Shown: positions 1-13,981, counted from the stretch's first letter. The stretch: DNA of 64,000 nucleotides from Tubulanus polymorphus (GCF_964204645.1 NC_134031.1:20157910-20221909), one strand, 5' to 3'. Notes: a model not told the origin generated them from the sequence alone. Numbers and translations are program-made.

Positions 1-747
1 GGTCACAATAATTTACTCTATTCAACCAGAGTGTCAAATTACAACTCTGAACTGAATCCCGATCGCTATGCCTGGTGAATTATGCTATTGTATTAAGGAC
101 ACTATTCGGAATCCCACCGGTGTCCTCGCAGAACATTTCAATTTAAAAGCTTCACAGAAATCAAGCAAGTAGTTTTGAACAAATGGTACAATTCCCACGA
201 AACAATAAACACCAGTTGACCTACGCGGCCATATTTCAGTAGCTTTTGATATCTGATAAAACATCTCAGATTTCAACTGAACCAATTTAAGAACAGTTAA
301 CTGTACAACTTTAAAAGGGATTTCAGACATTTTGTTCAAATTAAAGGAGTTCCAAGCAGCTTTAAAAGCAGTTTTTAAGGAATCAAAGAGTCGTGCTGGG
401 TTCCCTATCGTCGATCTCGTCACTGAGTGGAAGCTCCCGAAAACACCAACAACCGGAATCCGCTTTGTTTCGAGATAACCATAACAAACCGAACCACTTT
501 CAATTATCACATGAACTCCTTTTATTTAGTAAATTCAACAGCTCGTCATCAAAATATCAATTATGAATCATTACAAATGATCGCAACAAAATTCAGGGAT
601 GAAACAAACCACAATATATTCATACTTGAACCGGATTGAATTAAAATTTACAAATTTCTGTCATAATCAATAAGTCAAATTACACGGTATTCTTGAATAC
701 CAAAATATCAATAATATCAAAAGAAAATCTAACAATAACTCAGGCAG

Positions 748-897
748 TACAGTAGATTCCGCTCAAATCGAATCTGGCCAACTTTCATTAAACTGTTTAA
801 CACAGATATTTCATTGGAAATATCTTGCCGACCCCATACAAGAACTCCTACAAATTTTTCGCAATCTTAAATAGATTCGACTTTGAGCGGTGTTGTA
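748..897. mobile_element. Small non-autonomous TIR element (Tc1/mariner-like MITE), right end decayed
   Basis: TA-CAGTAGATTCCGCTCAAATCGAATC at the left end is complementary to GATTCGACTTTGAGCGG near 873-889. A TA-CAGT start is typical of Tc1/mariner MITEs. Confidence 0.45.
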
Positions 898-1143
898 GCA
901 CCAAAATATCGGTTATTCATGGTTTTGAAACTATTTTCATCGCAGTGAAATGCACCTTTTTAAGACCATATTCGTAAATACGTGGAAATAACTACAATTA
1001 CAACGAATTTAACACAAAATATCAATCAACTCATTCATGGAAAACAACAAGATTCTAGTCTTTTAGAAGGACGTTCATTCTGTATTAAATTGATCTCTCA
1101 TAAAAAATCTTCCACCATTATTCTTTTATAAACACACATTGTA

Positions 1144-1379
1144 CAGGCGCGGATCCAGGAGAGTGCTTTAGGCGCTAGAGCACCCCCACCCCTTTGAAAG
1201 ATTTCCTTTGCATTATTTATTTTCCTTTCAAAGTACAAAGTACATTTACGTGCGAGAGATGATCAAGCAGTGCTTAAAAACGCTCAGAATGCATGAAAAT
1301 GAGACGAATTCTGAAGAATTTTCTTGGGGATGAATAGCAAAGAGCACCCCCAACTTTGAAAATCTTGGATCCGTTCCTG
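1144..1379. mobile_element. MITE-like element with CAGGCGCGGATCCAG-type termini
   Basis: CAGGCGCGGATCCAGGA ... TCTTGGATCCGTTCCTG form imperfect terminal inverted repeats. The internal motif GAGCACCCCCA occurs twice. Confidence 0.5.
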
Positions 1380-1832
1380 TTCCCTGTTGTACGCAACCAT
1401 TTTATATATATATATTCCCATCTAATATCATCCTACAGCGGAACCTAATAACAATATATCATTCAAATATCAATACCGGGTACAGAGGTCGTATTCAATG
1501 ACATCATTTCAATAACTGGTGATGGTTTTGCTCGTGATGAATACAACAAATATTTGAAAGAAAAAGTAAACGGAGGAAGAAATATTTTAAATCCAGCGTT
1601 ACAAATCATATTTGATTTGTTTTGCTGCGAATGGAAGTCACAGCTTTTGCAGGTTTTTAAAGAGTTTTTTTTAAATATTAATACCGAATCAATTTAAATG
1701 GCATTGAAAAAAAGTTAGGAGTAAGGTAGGTAGGACCAGCACAAGCGATTGAATCGTTTTTTTAATACCACCGGTCATATAGCTCTGTTGTCAGCTGAAT
1801 GATTTCCGATTGAAGTTTATTCATCTCGTCGA

Positions 1833-4800
1833 TCATTCCCATTCGGTCGTTCCGGGAGGTTTCGCCGTTAAGTCGTACATCACCCGCGATATTCCCGGCA
1901 CAGTCAGTATCTGCGACACCATTTGCTCAATGACCTGCAAGTCAAACCGATGAATTATGATTTTTCGATTAAAAAGGCACGTTTTTGAAATACGAGGACA
2001 TTTGTGTCAGTCCTATGATCTACAATGACAAAGCGCCAAATAAGACTTAGTCAATGGAATACTGATAAGCTCAGACATAATTGCTGTGGTCTGATAAATA
2101 TTATATACACATGTACCGGTAGATTTAATGGACTTGTTTTGATAAATGTTATATAGCTTTATTGGACTTGTTTTAAAAACAGGAATTTGTAAAATGCGGT
2201 GAAGACGCACTAAAGTGGTCTGCCCATTATTCAACATTCTGGGGTGAAATTTCTAAAAGTTTTCAAATTATCTCCAGCGTTTTCGGGTATTAATGAATCA
2301 GCAAAGAAATGGGTAAGATTTTTTTTCTACTGACCTGTACAGGCACGTGTTTACCGGGAGTAGCAGGAATACCGGTCATGAAATCGGCCGTAATGAACGT
2401 GCGTAGCACAACAGATCGCTGGCAGGAAGGCAGACGTAGAATAGGATCGCGATCGAAATGTATCGGCACTAACACTACAGGCATCTGACTGATATTCGAT
2501 GAAAAACCTAAATAACATCCGACATAAAGCGATTTTAAATTAGCATTCTCAAAACCCTTATTCGATATCTTTATTTAGATGAAATGATGCGACTAACCTG
2601 AATCGTGCAAAACTTTATTTGCGAGGCAATCGGCTTGTCGTAGCACGCTGAGTACACCCTGTGAGAGGTAGGTCGGAGTTACATCCTGTACCTGATCATT
2701 TATCATCGGCCCAAATACATATACAACCCTAAACAACAACAACAAACTAATGAAATAAAAGTTTCAAATATTTCTTAACTCCGTGTCAGTAATACCTAAG
2801 TTGTACCATTTCAAGTGATTCTCAAATGGACACCGTGGACCTGAACCCCTAATTAACTCCGATCCTTGGCTCAAATAGAGATAGGAATTGGCTTGCAACC
2901 ACACAACCAAAAGGATCGTTTCTTTCCATCACTTCTCTTATGAAGTACGGTAGGCACTATTACCCCAAGGGTTGAGTTGGCATCTACCGGGTACAAGACT
3001 GTAATAGCGACATGTCCAAAAAGCTCAAACACGACCCATGTAAAAAACACTGCAATACCCAATAACGTCAACATAGTTTCCTAATAAGAAATAGTCTCAC
3101 TCTTACCGGTTTATATTGTGACAAACTTTCGGTATAATTTTCGCCAAAATCATGAGATCGTTCCAGTCTGGTTGACCATCTTGAGACAGAGCTGCCACAT
3201 AGCTGTAGGATCTGTGATCACCCTGAAAAATAATGACAATAATGAATGAATTTACGACTTAATAACCGTAATCGGGAAATAATTTCATTGTAATCAGAGT
3301 TTATCTTACCTGTACGCCGACCGTTCTAATGGGTAATAGAATACCGCTTAATTTGTGCGTTTTAGAAATTCTTAACAGCGAATCTTTACAGTTCGTTGAC
3401 AGGGCAGCGTTGAGACGATTCAGCAGTGAATGGGGCTACAAAATATAGATCATCAAAACCCTAATTCTTCTCACACATGCGTTAACGACTGCTCAAAAGA
3501 GATCAAAAGGTTTACCCTTTCAACGGCGACATGGTAGTCGCACATTATTTTCAGTAAGATATTCGTTTCGGCGAAATCCTTCTCGCTAAATGCTTCTTCG
3601 GCGCATATCACACGAATAGCCAGTCCGGGACCTGAAAATTAGCTTCACTTCAATGACACGAATCTATTACAAAGTTCCATAGTCAGCAGGACTTAGACTA
3701 AGATCAGTCAGGAGCGTCAAAAATTACTTATTTTCGTGTACTGAAAGAACTGAATGATTATGCGCACCTGGAAATGGATGTCGATGAACGAGTTCCGATG
3801 GAAGACCTAAATCTTTCCCAATTTGTCGTACTTCATCTTTATGGAAGTCTTTCAGTGGTTCGACGACGCGACCTTGCTGTCGTAGAGCGCGAACCAACTC
3901 GGTATCGTTATGATGGGTTTTTATTGCATCTGCTTTATTACTCGCTAAATTTGAAGCGCTTTCGATCAAGTCGGGTCGAAGGGTGCCTGAAAGATTTACC
4001 GAAGATTATGAAATCACTTTTCCGTACGTTTAATCACGAGCAAAATCTCTAAAATGGAAATGAATGTAACAAGTGAATAAAGAATAAGTAAGAAATCCTA
4101 GTGTTACACACCTTGTCCTAAATATACATCTTCTGGTTTTAGATTAAGTTCTTCCACAACTTCATTTGCAACCTGTTTATTGACAGAGTGCATCATTACG
4201 GTAACCTACACTACACTTTTATCAGCAGAACCGATACAAATTGAGTGATTTGAGAGATAGAGCGCGCCGCCAGATCAGTTAATTCTGGATATTAGGGAAT
4301 TTAAAGGAGAAAATTTCATATTTCGTAGAAGCGTCTGCATCACCTTCATATCCTATTTAAAAATCTGTGTCCAAACTGTACTACTGATTTAGGCATAGTC
4401 TACTGTACAATTGCCTATCAAAATTGAAGGGGTTTTAGAGAAGTTTCGGGCATTTTGTCTAAAGGAGTTTCAAGTCACCCTAGAAGCATTTTTTCAAGGA
4501 ATCAAGTAGTTGTAGGAAGCCTGTATTTAGTGCGACATGTTACACTATATAATTGATACGTACTGTCATGAATGTATCTCCTATAATTCTTCTTTTCTCC
4601 TCCGGATCGACAGTTTGATTCAACATTTTAGTTTTGCGTTTTCGAGGCGTCAAATCGTTCGGACTAATCGCCATAGTCGTCGTAGCTGTGTAGAATGTAT
4701 GAGCTGCCTTAATCACTGAAATCAGATCAACAAATCCGTGGGAACACTGGGTTTCTACTGATAACAGGAATTTCAGATTCAGATGTTACTCACCTCTCAC

Positions 4801-6806
4801 TTGTAAACCGAGACGACTCAACGACTGTTCAACGTTTTGACTTTCGTCTTTTCTCATGAAGCCGTTGTCGATGTGAATAGCGATGATTTGATCGGGTTTT
4901 AAAGATTTATGAAGTAAAGCGGCACACACCGTTGAATCAACACCACCACTCAGCAGCAACTAAAACACACTGCTGTATTTAATACACTGATACACTAAAA
5001 TTGCCCCAGCTTTGAGGAAGCTTTCTTTTTTTAGAGACTAAAATGAATGTTTTGTATTCAGTGTTATGCTATTATTTTCAGATGAGTAGATATGTTGCTG
5101 GGAATTTGTAAAAGATGCTTAATTCATTCACAGGCCGAAAAGCCTAATTGCTATGGGAATCATTCAATATATAGGCAATCAATGAAAAATATCTTCAGCA
5201 TTAAAATTTAATACTTTTAAAATACAAATACATAAAGGGTGACTACACTGCTACCTTATAACCCGATAGACAAGACAAATATTTTTTCAGTTACAGTTAA
5301 TGATATGAGACAGATATTTACCAAAACTTTGTGATCGCCAACAGTTTCTCGTATGTACTGTATACAAGACGCTTCGCGACTTTGTATCGTGTAGTTACCG
5401 TGACAACCAACGACGTTGAACAAAAAGTTTTTGATCATATCGCATCCGTTTTCAGTGAGATCGACTTCGGGATGAAACTGTACGCCGAATAGTCGTGATT
5501 TCTCATTCGCGATACCTACAGCAAAAAAAACATCACAGAAATCACAATTTAACCGACATTTTATTAACATATTTTCTATGAATAGCCATTAGTGGATTAT
5601 CAAAAACAATGACCTAAAATAAAACCAATGATAAGGCAAGCAAACCCAAGTGATGATGGGGTCTTGAGGGCAATCATGATGGTCATACCGTTTTCATAAA
5701 CATTTGTGAAGTTTTTCTAAGTTTATACATGAAATGAACCAAAATTTGAAGTCATAATAAATAATTTTACTTTTTTCTATGTCCACTTTCAACAAACAAT
5801 TCACTGAATTTTGAGAGGAGTGAATTTCGGAACTAAACTTTTTCTTTAAATCATTATTTAGATATGAAACTGGATTGACGTTTTGATAGCTCTTTTACCT
5901 GCGATAATATCACCGGAATAGGCAACAGGATTGAGACCTTCACCGACAATACAGATACTGTCTCCATGCGTCAATAGAACCTCTTGTTCAGCCTTCAATC
6001 CACTGAACAGCGAACATTTGTTGTCAACTTTAATCGTAAATTGTCCATCTTCCCGCGTGTTCTTCTTCTCAATAGTCCCTTTAAACTCTTTATTCAACAT
6101 CTGAAATGGAAACAAAGTTCCTTACGAAATATCTACCAATATTTCACAGTTTGAAATGGATAATAATTGGGCTCAATCGATACATCAGTAGATATAATAT
6201 CTCTCTAGGAGACTCAGTCCAACCCGGATGAACATTCTAAAATAACTTTTCAAACTCACCTGCATTCCATAGCATATACCTAGAACCGGTAAACCACATT
6301 TAAACAGTGCAGGATCGTAAACAGGTGCATCTTCGGCATATACAGAGTTCGGCCCACCGGAAATAATAATTGCTCTAAAATGAAATGACGTTTTGAATTA
6401 TGCCTTACCACTGGTTTTTTATAGATCAAGGGTCAGGTTTCAAAAAAAATGTTCAACTCTTAAATTTCGAGTTAATTTTCTTTGACTAAGATTAAAATCA
6501 AGGCCACATCACTCACACCCATTACTTACTTATATCCATTCTCCTTCAGCACAATAGCAGTTGTATCGAGAGGAAGAATGTCGGTATCAACCTTTAATTC
6601 CCGAACTTTACGATCGATTACCTACAGAGAGAGAACACAACAAATAAACAGCAATAACAAAGCTTTCAAATATCAAGTCTGAATCGTCAGAAAGCCCTAA
6701 TAATGTGAATTTTACTTAAAGACTGTTTTCATACCTTCCCATATTGTGCTCCTGCATCTAAAATAGCTATTTTCTCATGGTTTCCGAGGCCATTTGTGTA
6801 TTCCAT
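1833..6806 (-). CDS. GMPS: GMP synthase [glutamine-hydrolysing], 15 coding exons, 678 aa
   Basis: Exons 6735-6806, 6530-6621, 6260-6374, 5899-6100, 5322-5515, 4794-4959, 4564-4715, 4112-4172, 3768-3986, 3516-3631, 3310-3435, 3107-3222, 2598-2728, 2335-2507, 1833-1934; all introns GT-AG, total 2037 nt. Motifs: [26 protein letters not shown] (GATase Cys), [15 protein letters not shown] (PP-loop), [29 protein letters not shown]-terminal KPPGTTEWE*. Confidence 0.97.
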
Positions 6807-7739
6807 CACACCAGGGTATACAAAACCCAATCTATAATGAATTAAATTGTTTCATTTAGTCGACAATAATATGAATCATTCGATTCAATCCTCTAGTAGC
6901 TAGGGGTTGTTCAAAGGCCAACGTGCACAGGTTAATTTTCGTCCCAAAGTTTTGGGACAAAGCTTCCTGTATTTCAGCCTTTAAAACACCATCACCATAC
7001 CTCAAACTGACTGTTGCCGATGGAAGAAAATCTGGACATTTGGCATGATAAGAATCCCAATAATTACATATTGTTAAAACTAATCTACTTCAAACAAGCA
7101 ACCCAGACAATAAAATGCCAATCAATTGTATACACACCGTTTATCAAACCAGGTTGTCCTCATTACTGAGATGACACAAATATGCAGGTTACTGATATAA
7201 CATGAATCCAAGTGATTCAAGAAATATTCATAAAAGCTTGGTTTTTAACACTCTTCAATATGCATTTGACCTAATATCAAGACTGTCCCCTTATGTACGA
7301 GCTCGTAACGATTCTACTTTTTAGACAGTCCAATACTCTGTAACAACTTTTAGATTTTTCAGGTTTTTTGAGGGGTCTTAAACATATGAACCCGGAGTCT
7401 AAGGGCTACTCTGCACGTTGGGTTAGGCTACCACGGCAAGATATTGAGTGGTCCGTCTGATGTGAACGGTGGGCGATGCTGTAAAACTAACTAATGTTAC
7501 ACGCAAGTGACTGAACGTTTGCGGCACAGACTATATTTCGGGAACGGAACTCCTGTAAAACGTTTTCACTTTCGATCAGCGCAACAGATCAGCACGACAG
7601 CGCAATATACTCGTTCTGTGATGGATAAAGCATCACAAACAATATCATCATGACGTTACCTTAGTAAAATAGCAGTTTATATTGAAGTATTATACAAAAT
7701 TCCGAGTCTCACACGCGGGTTAAACAGTGCTGCCACCTT

Positions 7740-8013
7740 GCGCACGTACCTACAACTTTTACTAATTTATACTGGATTTATTTTAACAAGACGGCGGAAT
7801 TAATTTTGTAATTAACTCTGAACATAATCAGGAAGAATTAGAATTTATGTAGATCTTTTAAATCAAATAGATTTTATATTCTATGATATAGCTACGGTAA
7901 CTAATGTAAACAACAAACCCGGAAGTCAGTGTGCCGTCAAGTTGGAAAGTTGATGTTTTGATCGATTTACAAATTACCTACTGTCCACGGAGGAGAAGCG
8001 AACGGATTGAACG
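7740..8013. promoter_or_regulatory. Probable bidirectional promoter (GMPS / uncharacterised gene)
   Basis: Lies between head-to-head genes. Contains X-box-like ATAGCTACGGTAAC (7888-7901), forkhead GTAAACA (7906-7912) and ETS CCGGAAGT (7919-7926). Candidate UTR donors: minus AG|GTACGT near 7750 and plus CG|GTAAAT at 8013/8014. Confidence 0.5.
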
Positions 8014-8266
8014 GTAAATTGAAAACACTTTCGGTATCCCTGCATTTCTGATTGCAAAATTAGTTTAATATCAGTTCTTTCAACTTCTTTCATCCATCCA
8101 ATACCGGTAAGCCTATATCGTGGACGTGGTAGACCCTAATGTTGGTAGGCCTAGGCACTGGCCTACCTCTCTTAAGATTCAAGATAGAGTGATCAGCATT
8201 TTTGGTAAGGTTATTTGAACCCGAGCGTATAATCAATCGTGTTATTTTGTATTTGCAGATAACAAA

Positions 8267-9656
8267 ATGGATCAAACGCAGACAGTAGATTATTTGACCA
8301 AACGTCCCAGGACTCCTAACACTAGATATACTGAACTCACACATGAACAGTTGTGCAATATCAAAAATGTAAAAAATCTGCTAATGAAAAAATTCAGGTA
8401 CCAGCATCGATATCACTTTCTATTCTCCATGATCTTCATTTCAGGATCCGCATCCATTTTTCCATTGTTCGAAGCCAGACGGACCTCCAATCTACGGAGA
8501 TGGAAGGGAAGGCGGACGTTTTTATAACGACCGGTACGCGATGGGGATCGCGAGTGAACACAACGTCCGAGGGCCGTCTCTTTCACAGCCGTTCATGTAC
8601 ATAACCGAGAAACATATCCGCGATCCTCCCGCAGAGCATAACTCATCCAGACTAGGAGCTGCATCTACGTGGGGACCTGGAAAAGCTGGCGAGTGTCCAG
8701 TTATCTTCAACCTCGTCATTATTTACAAGAACTCTGAGATTAGAATAAAATAATCTTTTATTTTCTGATATTTTCAGGTGAAAGAACAATGCGACATTTC
8801 ATAGCGGAAGATAAAAACGACTACGGTATGATAGATTGTTTACGAAGACATCCGACAAATCAACCCGGCAATATCATATTCAAATATGGCAGGCCTCATC
8901 ACGGCTATTATGCCCAGAAAAATCCATGTTAGTATTCATAACCACCAAATCAAACACGGCTGAAACACTACTTCAATTTCAGATCAGTTTCTAAATGATC
9001 GGATATTTTCACATCGGTATAAGCCCATCCGATTATAAAAGCTTACCACCAACAAATACGACTGATCTCAACTTTAACCCGAGGGTTAACTCAATTGAAA
9101 ATGAGTTAGTCCCAGGGCTAAAGTTAATTCTAATCTATAAAACTGAGCTCTGGGTTTTACAATTCAGACCACTGCATTAAAGGAACAGTTCATTTAAAAA
9201 GCCACAATTCCATTCAATTTCTACTCGACAGCTATGACTACATGGTTTGACTCGTCATGCCCGATGAATGAAGCTTCCATTATGGTCGTTCCTGAATCGA
9301 AAACGGTTGACATGTATAAAGCAATATCGGAATACGAACAAGCCAAGTGTACACAAAGCCCTGGAGCCGAGTGGCCCGGATTCACTGAATATACCGATCG
9401 ATATCTGCTACATTCAAAAACAGAATCTGCATTAACTGGGTTAGTTTTTCCATTCTCTATTCCTCCTCACAAACTTTAGTCACATTATTTACTATCATGA
9501 CGCCCGAGATATTAATATCGTTGTAGGCTTGAAACTAAGGAACAATACGAAGAAAATTCATCCTCAAAGACAGGGACGCCGTTGCAGGAGAAAACTGTAC
9601 GGATAGAGACTCCAGCTGATTACCAGCAATCAGAACCAATAGCTGTCTGTAATTAA
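8267..9656 (+). CDS. Uncharacterised 277-aa protein, 5 coding exons (possibly ciliary/flagellar)
   Basis: Exons 8267-8368, 8445-8688, 8778-8927, 9232-9439, 9527-9656 join in consistent phases (0,1,1,2) into one open 834-nt frame: MDQTQTVDYLTKRPRTPN...DPHPFFHCSKPDGPPIYGDG...YGRPHHGYYAQKNP...WPGFTEYTDRY...IAVCN*. Intron 2 is best explained by a GC donor (TG|GCGAGT). Confidence 0.8.
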
Positions 9657-10336
9657 AACTTTTGTAGATATCTAAAACAGCTTAAACCTATAGTCTGTCT
9701 GTCCGTCCGTCCGTGCATTGATTGACTGTGATTAATTATGTTTATAGAACGTTTGTTTTCAAGACGAGCACAAACTCTTGATTGAAGTGGTCTAAAATAG
9801 TGACGGTTTTGGATGATAATATATTGCTAAAACAATCAAACGAATGCTTGTGCTTTTCTAATTAAGAGTCTCTACTGAGGCAATCATCTTACTAATAGTG
9901 GGCGCAATAGATTTTCAGGAATATCTATTTGAGCGTACTGGTAATTTAGTGAAACCTGCTTAATGTATTATTTACTGTTCACATTATCTGAAGAAGGGAA
10001 GGGTTCAACTCGTAATCTGTTATTAAATAACTGAGCTAAAAAATTCTGATTTTAACAGTTTTGAAAAAAGAAACATAATCTTTTGCTAATGTATAGTTTC
10101 ATGCAGATGTGTGAAAATCAAATCATCATTTCAACATTAAACTAAATCAATTTTTGTATCGTTGTTATTTTTTTATGAACATTTCAATAAAATCATGTGC
10201 AGTAGTTTAAGTGGCTGTTATATTTGTTATCAAACAAAAAGGCTTTAATCGTTCAACGATGAACCAATGAAATAAACGATTAAAAACGTCAAACTACACC
10301 ACAAATATTTTCAAGATACCGGTAACTCTAATATAA

Positions 10337-13271
10337 TCACGTGTCATTAGCTAGAGCTTGTCTGATATCTTCAACAGCTCGGTCGATGTCCTCAAATGAC
10401 GTATGTCGCCCGACGCTGAGTCTTAACGCTTTGCTTGCTATGTCCTTCGATATGCCTATCGACCACAATATATGCGATGGAATATTTTGAGCGTGGCAAG
10501 CCGCACCAACACTAGCCTGCACTAACTTACACTTCGACAGAATTTCAGCTCCTTAAATACACGAAAATTAAATCAAAGCATTGATGGATTATGAGGATTT
10601 CTCGCAATAGGACACAGTACAACGAATTGTACAAGATTAGAGGATCTCATTCAAAATAATAGTTTGACATCAATGGTATGAATTGAAACTTCATTAACCT
10701 GTGAGTCCAGATAGAATAGATACGTTGCAGGTGTTTGGTAGTCTGTCTTTTCCGTTAAAATGAAGGTTTTTTCTGCCAAACATATCCTGTTCAGAAATGA
10801 GCATCACAAGATTAATAAATGCACGCAGTTTACTTTTCTGCGAGAATTGCTTTTGGATGTACTTACGACTAATTTTTTCTCCAGATAGTTTCTGACTAGC
10901 CTCATGTGACTTGAATAATTTTCGATATTCGCAGTAACTAATTCAGCTGCTTTGCCTAAACCAGCGATCATACCAGTGTTTTCTGTGCTATTAAAAAATT
11001 GAATTTAGTCTCCAATAGAATTATACCTTGTTTCTACTATTCCGCCTGGTCACTTATGTGAACTGCAATAAAATTTCATATAGTTCATTTCTACAGCTGC
11101 CGAGTCTGTTATGGTTAGTTTGGGCTTACGATACTTCAGCGCGACAGACCTTTCAAATTAGAGTCATTATAAGATTAAGATTATAAGATATTTGTGATAC
11201 GGTCCCTGTTCCTTTTCGTTGCTCTCCGTTCCATTCCTTGAAGTATCATAAGCCGTTAGCTGAACATAATTTTTTTTCTAAAGTTATACCCAGGGTAGAT
11301 CGGCAGCCGCCAGGTCAAGTTTTAAGCTCAGATGAGGAACGAAGGTATCAATCTTTTTTAGGTTTATCATTAAACAGTGATGTTATTCGATCTACTGGGT
11401 ATAATTTGAACTATTTCTTACCCGGGACGGAAGTTGCGTTCCTGTCCCCCACCGTAAAACATCGGAATCAGCGGAGCAGACGATGTTTCACCGAGATCTC
11501 GCACGTAAAGCGCTCCGATACGAGGAGCATAAAACTATAAGAAAAAAAAAAAACAATTTCAATGGCAATTTTTTCATCGATCAACAGTGAATTCAAGTGA
11601 TCCCGATATTCAATAGATTTACCTTATGCCCGACAATAGTTAGATAATCAACTGCTAAATTGTTAACATCAACTGGTATTTTTCCGATCGCTTGTGCCGC
11701 ATCGGTGTGAATGAGTATTTTTTCGAGACCGGCCAGTTTGAGATTTTCGGCAGTTCTTTTCGGAGTGTGAGTTCGAACTTGTTGACTGATTCCAAAAATA
11801 GGCTGTAAAAGTCAAAGACAGCGGAGGATGTAAAAAATTTGTGAAAATACGAATTTCATAAATTTGTAGAATCGAAACGAATAGCATACGAAACTATTAT
11901 TGCCCCGGGATGAAATGTTTGAAATTTTACTACTCCAAATTATGCGACGACTGCTACGTCAACCTCGGAGAAAATCTATCGATGCCGTGAGATGTGAATC
12001 AAGCAGAGTTAACTCTACGAACCTGGATGGATCCGATTTCGTTGTTAGCGAGCATCAATGAAATGAGACACGTATTGGGACGTATACAACTGATGACATC
12101 GTCGACATCGATCACCCCGCCTCGAGATATCTGAATCGGTACATAACTTAAATCTGAAATACCAAATAGCGAAAAATAAATTGGCACCCACTCATACATA
12201 CTTAGGCCATATTTGTTACAACATATTCATTTATCTACAGGGGAAACTCTAGAGTAAGAAAAAAAATTTCCCTGACTTTTCCCTGACCTTTAGCTTTTAT
12301 ACAAAATTCCCCTTACTTTTTTCAAGAAAAATTCCCCTAACTTTTCCCTGATTTCTAACTTTTTCTTTACAAAATTCCTTTTTTTAAAGAAAAAAATTCC
12401 CAGACTTTTCCCTGATTTCCAGGTATAAAGTGGCACCACGCCATTGAACCTCTTTGATTCCCAAAAAGCACGTGGCATCTTAATCATAGCACAGACCTCT
12501 TACCTATGTCACCTTGATCACGATATTTTTCTAAAACTAATTTCACAGAATCGTGTTCAATATCAGATGAAATCACGTGTGGTTTTAACTTGCTGTTTCT
12601 ATGATACGATTTTACAATTGTATGGAACACTAAATTATTAGCCTGAAACAAAACAATAAAACAAGTAACAATTATTTAGACTCAATAGCAGGGGATGGGG
12701 AGGGTGGTTCTTTCATGCTCATACCTCAGTCCCTCCTGATGTGAAAACTATTTCTAAAACAGAAAACATCATAACTTTCATATGAATATTATTTCATGAT
12801 GAATAGTCGTAATTAGTCAAATCGAAGTCATTTACCCGATGCTTTGCCATTAATCATTTCAGCTATTCTATCTCTCGACCAGCTAATTACATCTTTTGCT
12901 TTTTTTCCTACACAGAAGAGCAAAATATTGCGTAATTGATGAATTACCTATTGCCCATTGGTTAAAAACCAATATGAAATTTGATGGTTTAACCTTTTAC
13001 TGGTTTGCAGTCGCACAAAAATCTGTTTTGGCATGCCAAAACGGAATTTTTGAGAATTTTGTTTTCTATTCCTCTTTTATTGTAAAAAAGCCAATAATGT
13101 TATCCATGTACCATGAGTACGGTGGCAATGAAGAAAAATTTGAATTGAATCCGAATTACCTGGTTCATGAGAACTGCTTGGATTTCCCCAAGCATATTTC
13201 AGTGTTTCGTGAATTTTTTCCAAGACCTCAGGTTCTAGTGGGGTCGTGGCATTGCAGTCCAGATATATCAT
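10337..13271 (-). CDS. SCLY: Selenocysteine lyase (PLP-dependent, NifS-like group I), 10 exons, 399 aa
   Basis: Exons 13160-13271, 12836-12907, 12725-12753, 12504-12642, 12023-12153, 11623-11802, 11422-11534, 10867-10987, 10699-10786, 10337-10551; total 1200 nt. Motifs: [54 protein letters not shown] (PLP Lys), [21 protein letters not shown] (catalytic Cys), LRLSVGR. EHDS, GAACH and the lack of a mitochondrial presequence favour SCLY over NFS1. Confidence 0.94.
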
Positions 13272-13329
13272 GGTTTTTAACTTCCTACAGCCCTACCAAA
13301 ACGAATTACGGGGTACCAGTTTTTCACAG

Positions 13330-13386
13330 TACGTGGTACGGGAGCTCTCGATGACGTCATTGGAAATCCCACGTACTCCCCACGTA
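13330..13386. promoter_or_regulatory. SCLY proximal motif cluster (CRE plus three TACGTGG)
   Basis: Perfect TGACGTCA at 13352-13359. TACGTGG at 13330-13336 (+), 13369-13375 (-) and 13380-13386 (-), 60-115 bp upstream of the ATG. Confidence 0.45.
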
Positions 13387-13823
13387 AGGTTTCTGAAAGA
13401 TCCCTGACCCCCATACTGTAAACTATGGAATTCCCATGGGAATTCCTCAAGGGTCATACGCGACTTACGAGTTACGACTTACATTTCACTACTACACGAT
13501 ACGTTTTACGAGTTACTATTTCCTTCGTTACGACTTATCGAGCATCCGAAGGCGCGTTGTTCAACGGACAAGAGTATTTATCGTAGCCGGGCTACATGAA
13601 TCTATCCTTTTGAACGGTGGGCTACAGTGATGCTGAATAGAGGAGGGGTGCCCGACGGAATGGATATCAAACTTTAACTTTTTATTACAACTCAAACCAC
13701 ATTACAATGGTACATTGGGGATACAGATTATAATTCATATTAAAGATAAAATTCGTTCCACAAAAATAACACAATATATACATATAATAGCACTTTTTGT
13801 CCAGTATCAAGATTTCTAACGTG

Positions 13824-13981
13824 ATCACCGTCTATTGAAATTTGGCTGAACCGTCTACGATCAGTAGACAGCTCTTATTTGTCTCACTGACGTTTCTTCA
13901 ATGTGCTGAAATCACACTCGCCATCTAGTGGACCAGTAAGAGCTGTCTAGTCAGTTCAGCCATATTCCAATAGATGGCGAT
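13824..13981. mobile_element. Hairpin/MITE-like element containing a CTCF-like motif
   Basis: Outer 28-bp IR ATCACCGTCTATTGAAATTTGGCTGAAC / GTTCAGCCATATTCCAATAGATGGCGAT; inner IR TAGACAGCTCTTA / TAAGAGCTGTCTA; internal CGCCATCTAGTGG. Confidence 0.6.

Noticed and set aside
85-510. 141-aa minus-strand ORF at the left edge
   Set aside because: No recognisable motif, non-ATG start, no clear splice structure. It may be UTR or part of a gene outside the window, so it cannot be supported.
10337-13271. NFS1 cysteine desulfurase, or a selenoprotein with UGA recoding
   Set aside because: EHDS and GAACH motifs and the absence of a presequence indicate SCLY; no in-frame TGA occurs in any intact reconstructed CDS.
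12896-13354. 152-aa plus-strand ORF
   Set aside because: Antisense to SCLY exon 1 and intron 1, TTG start, no motif.
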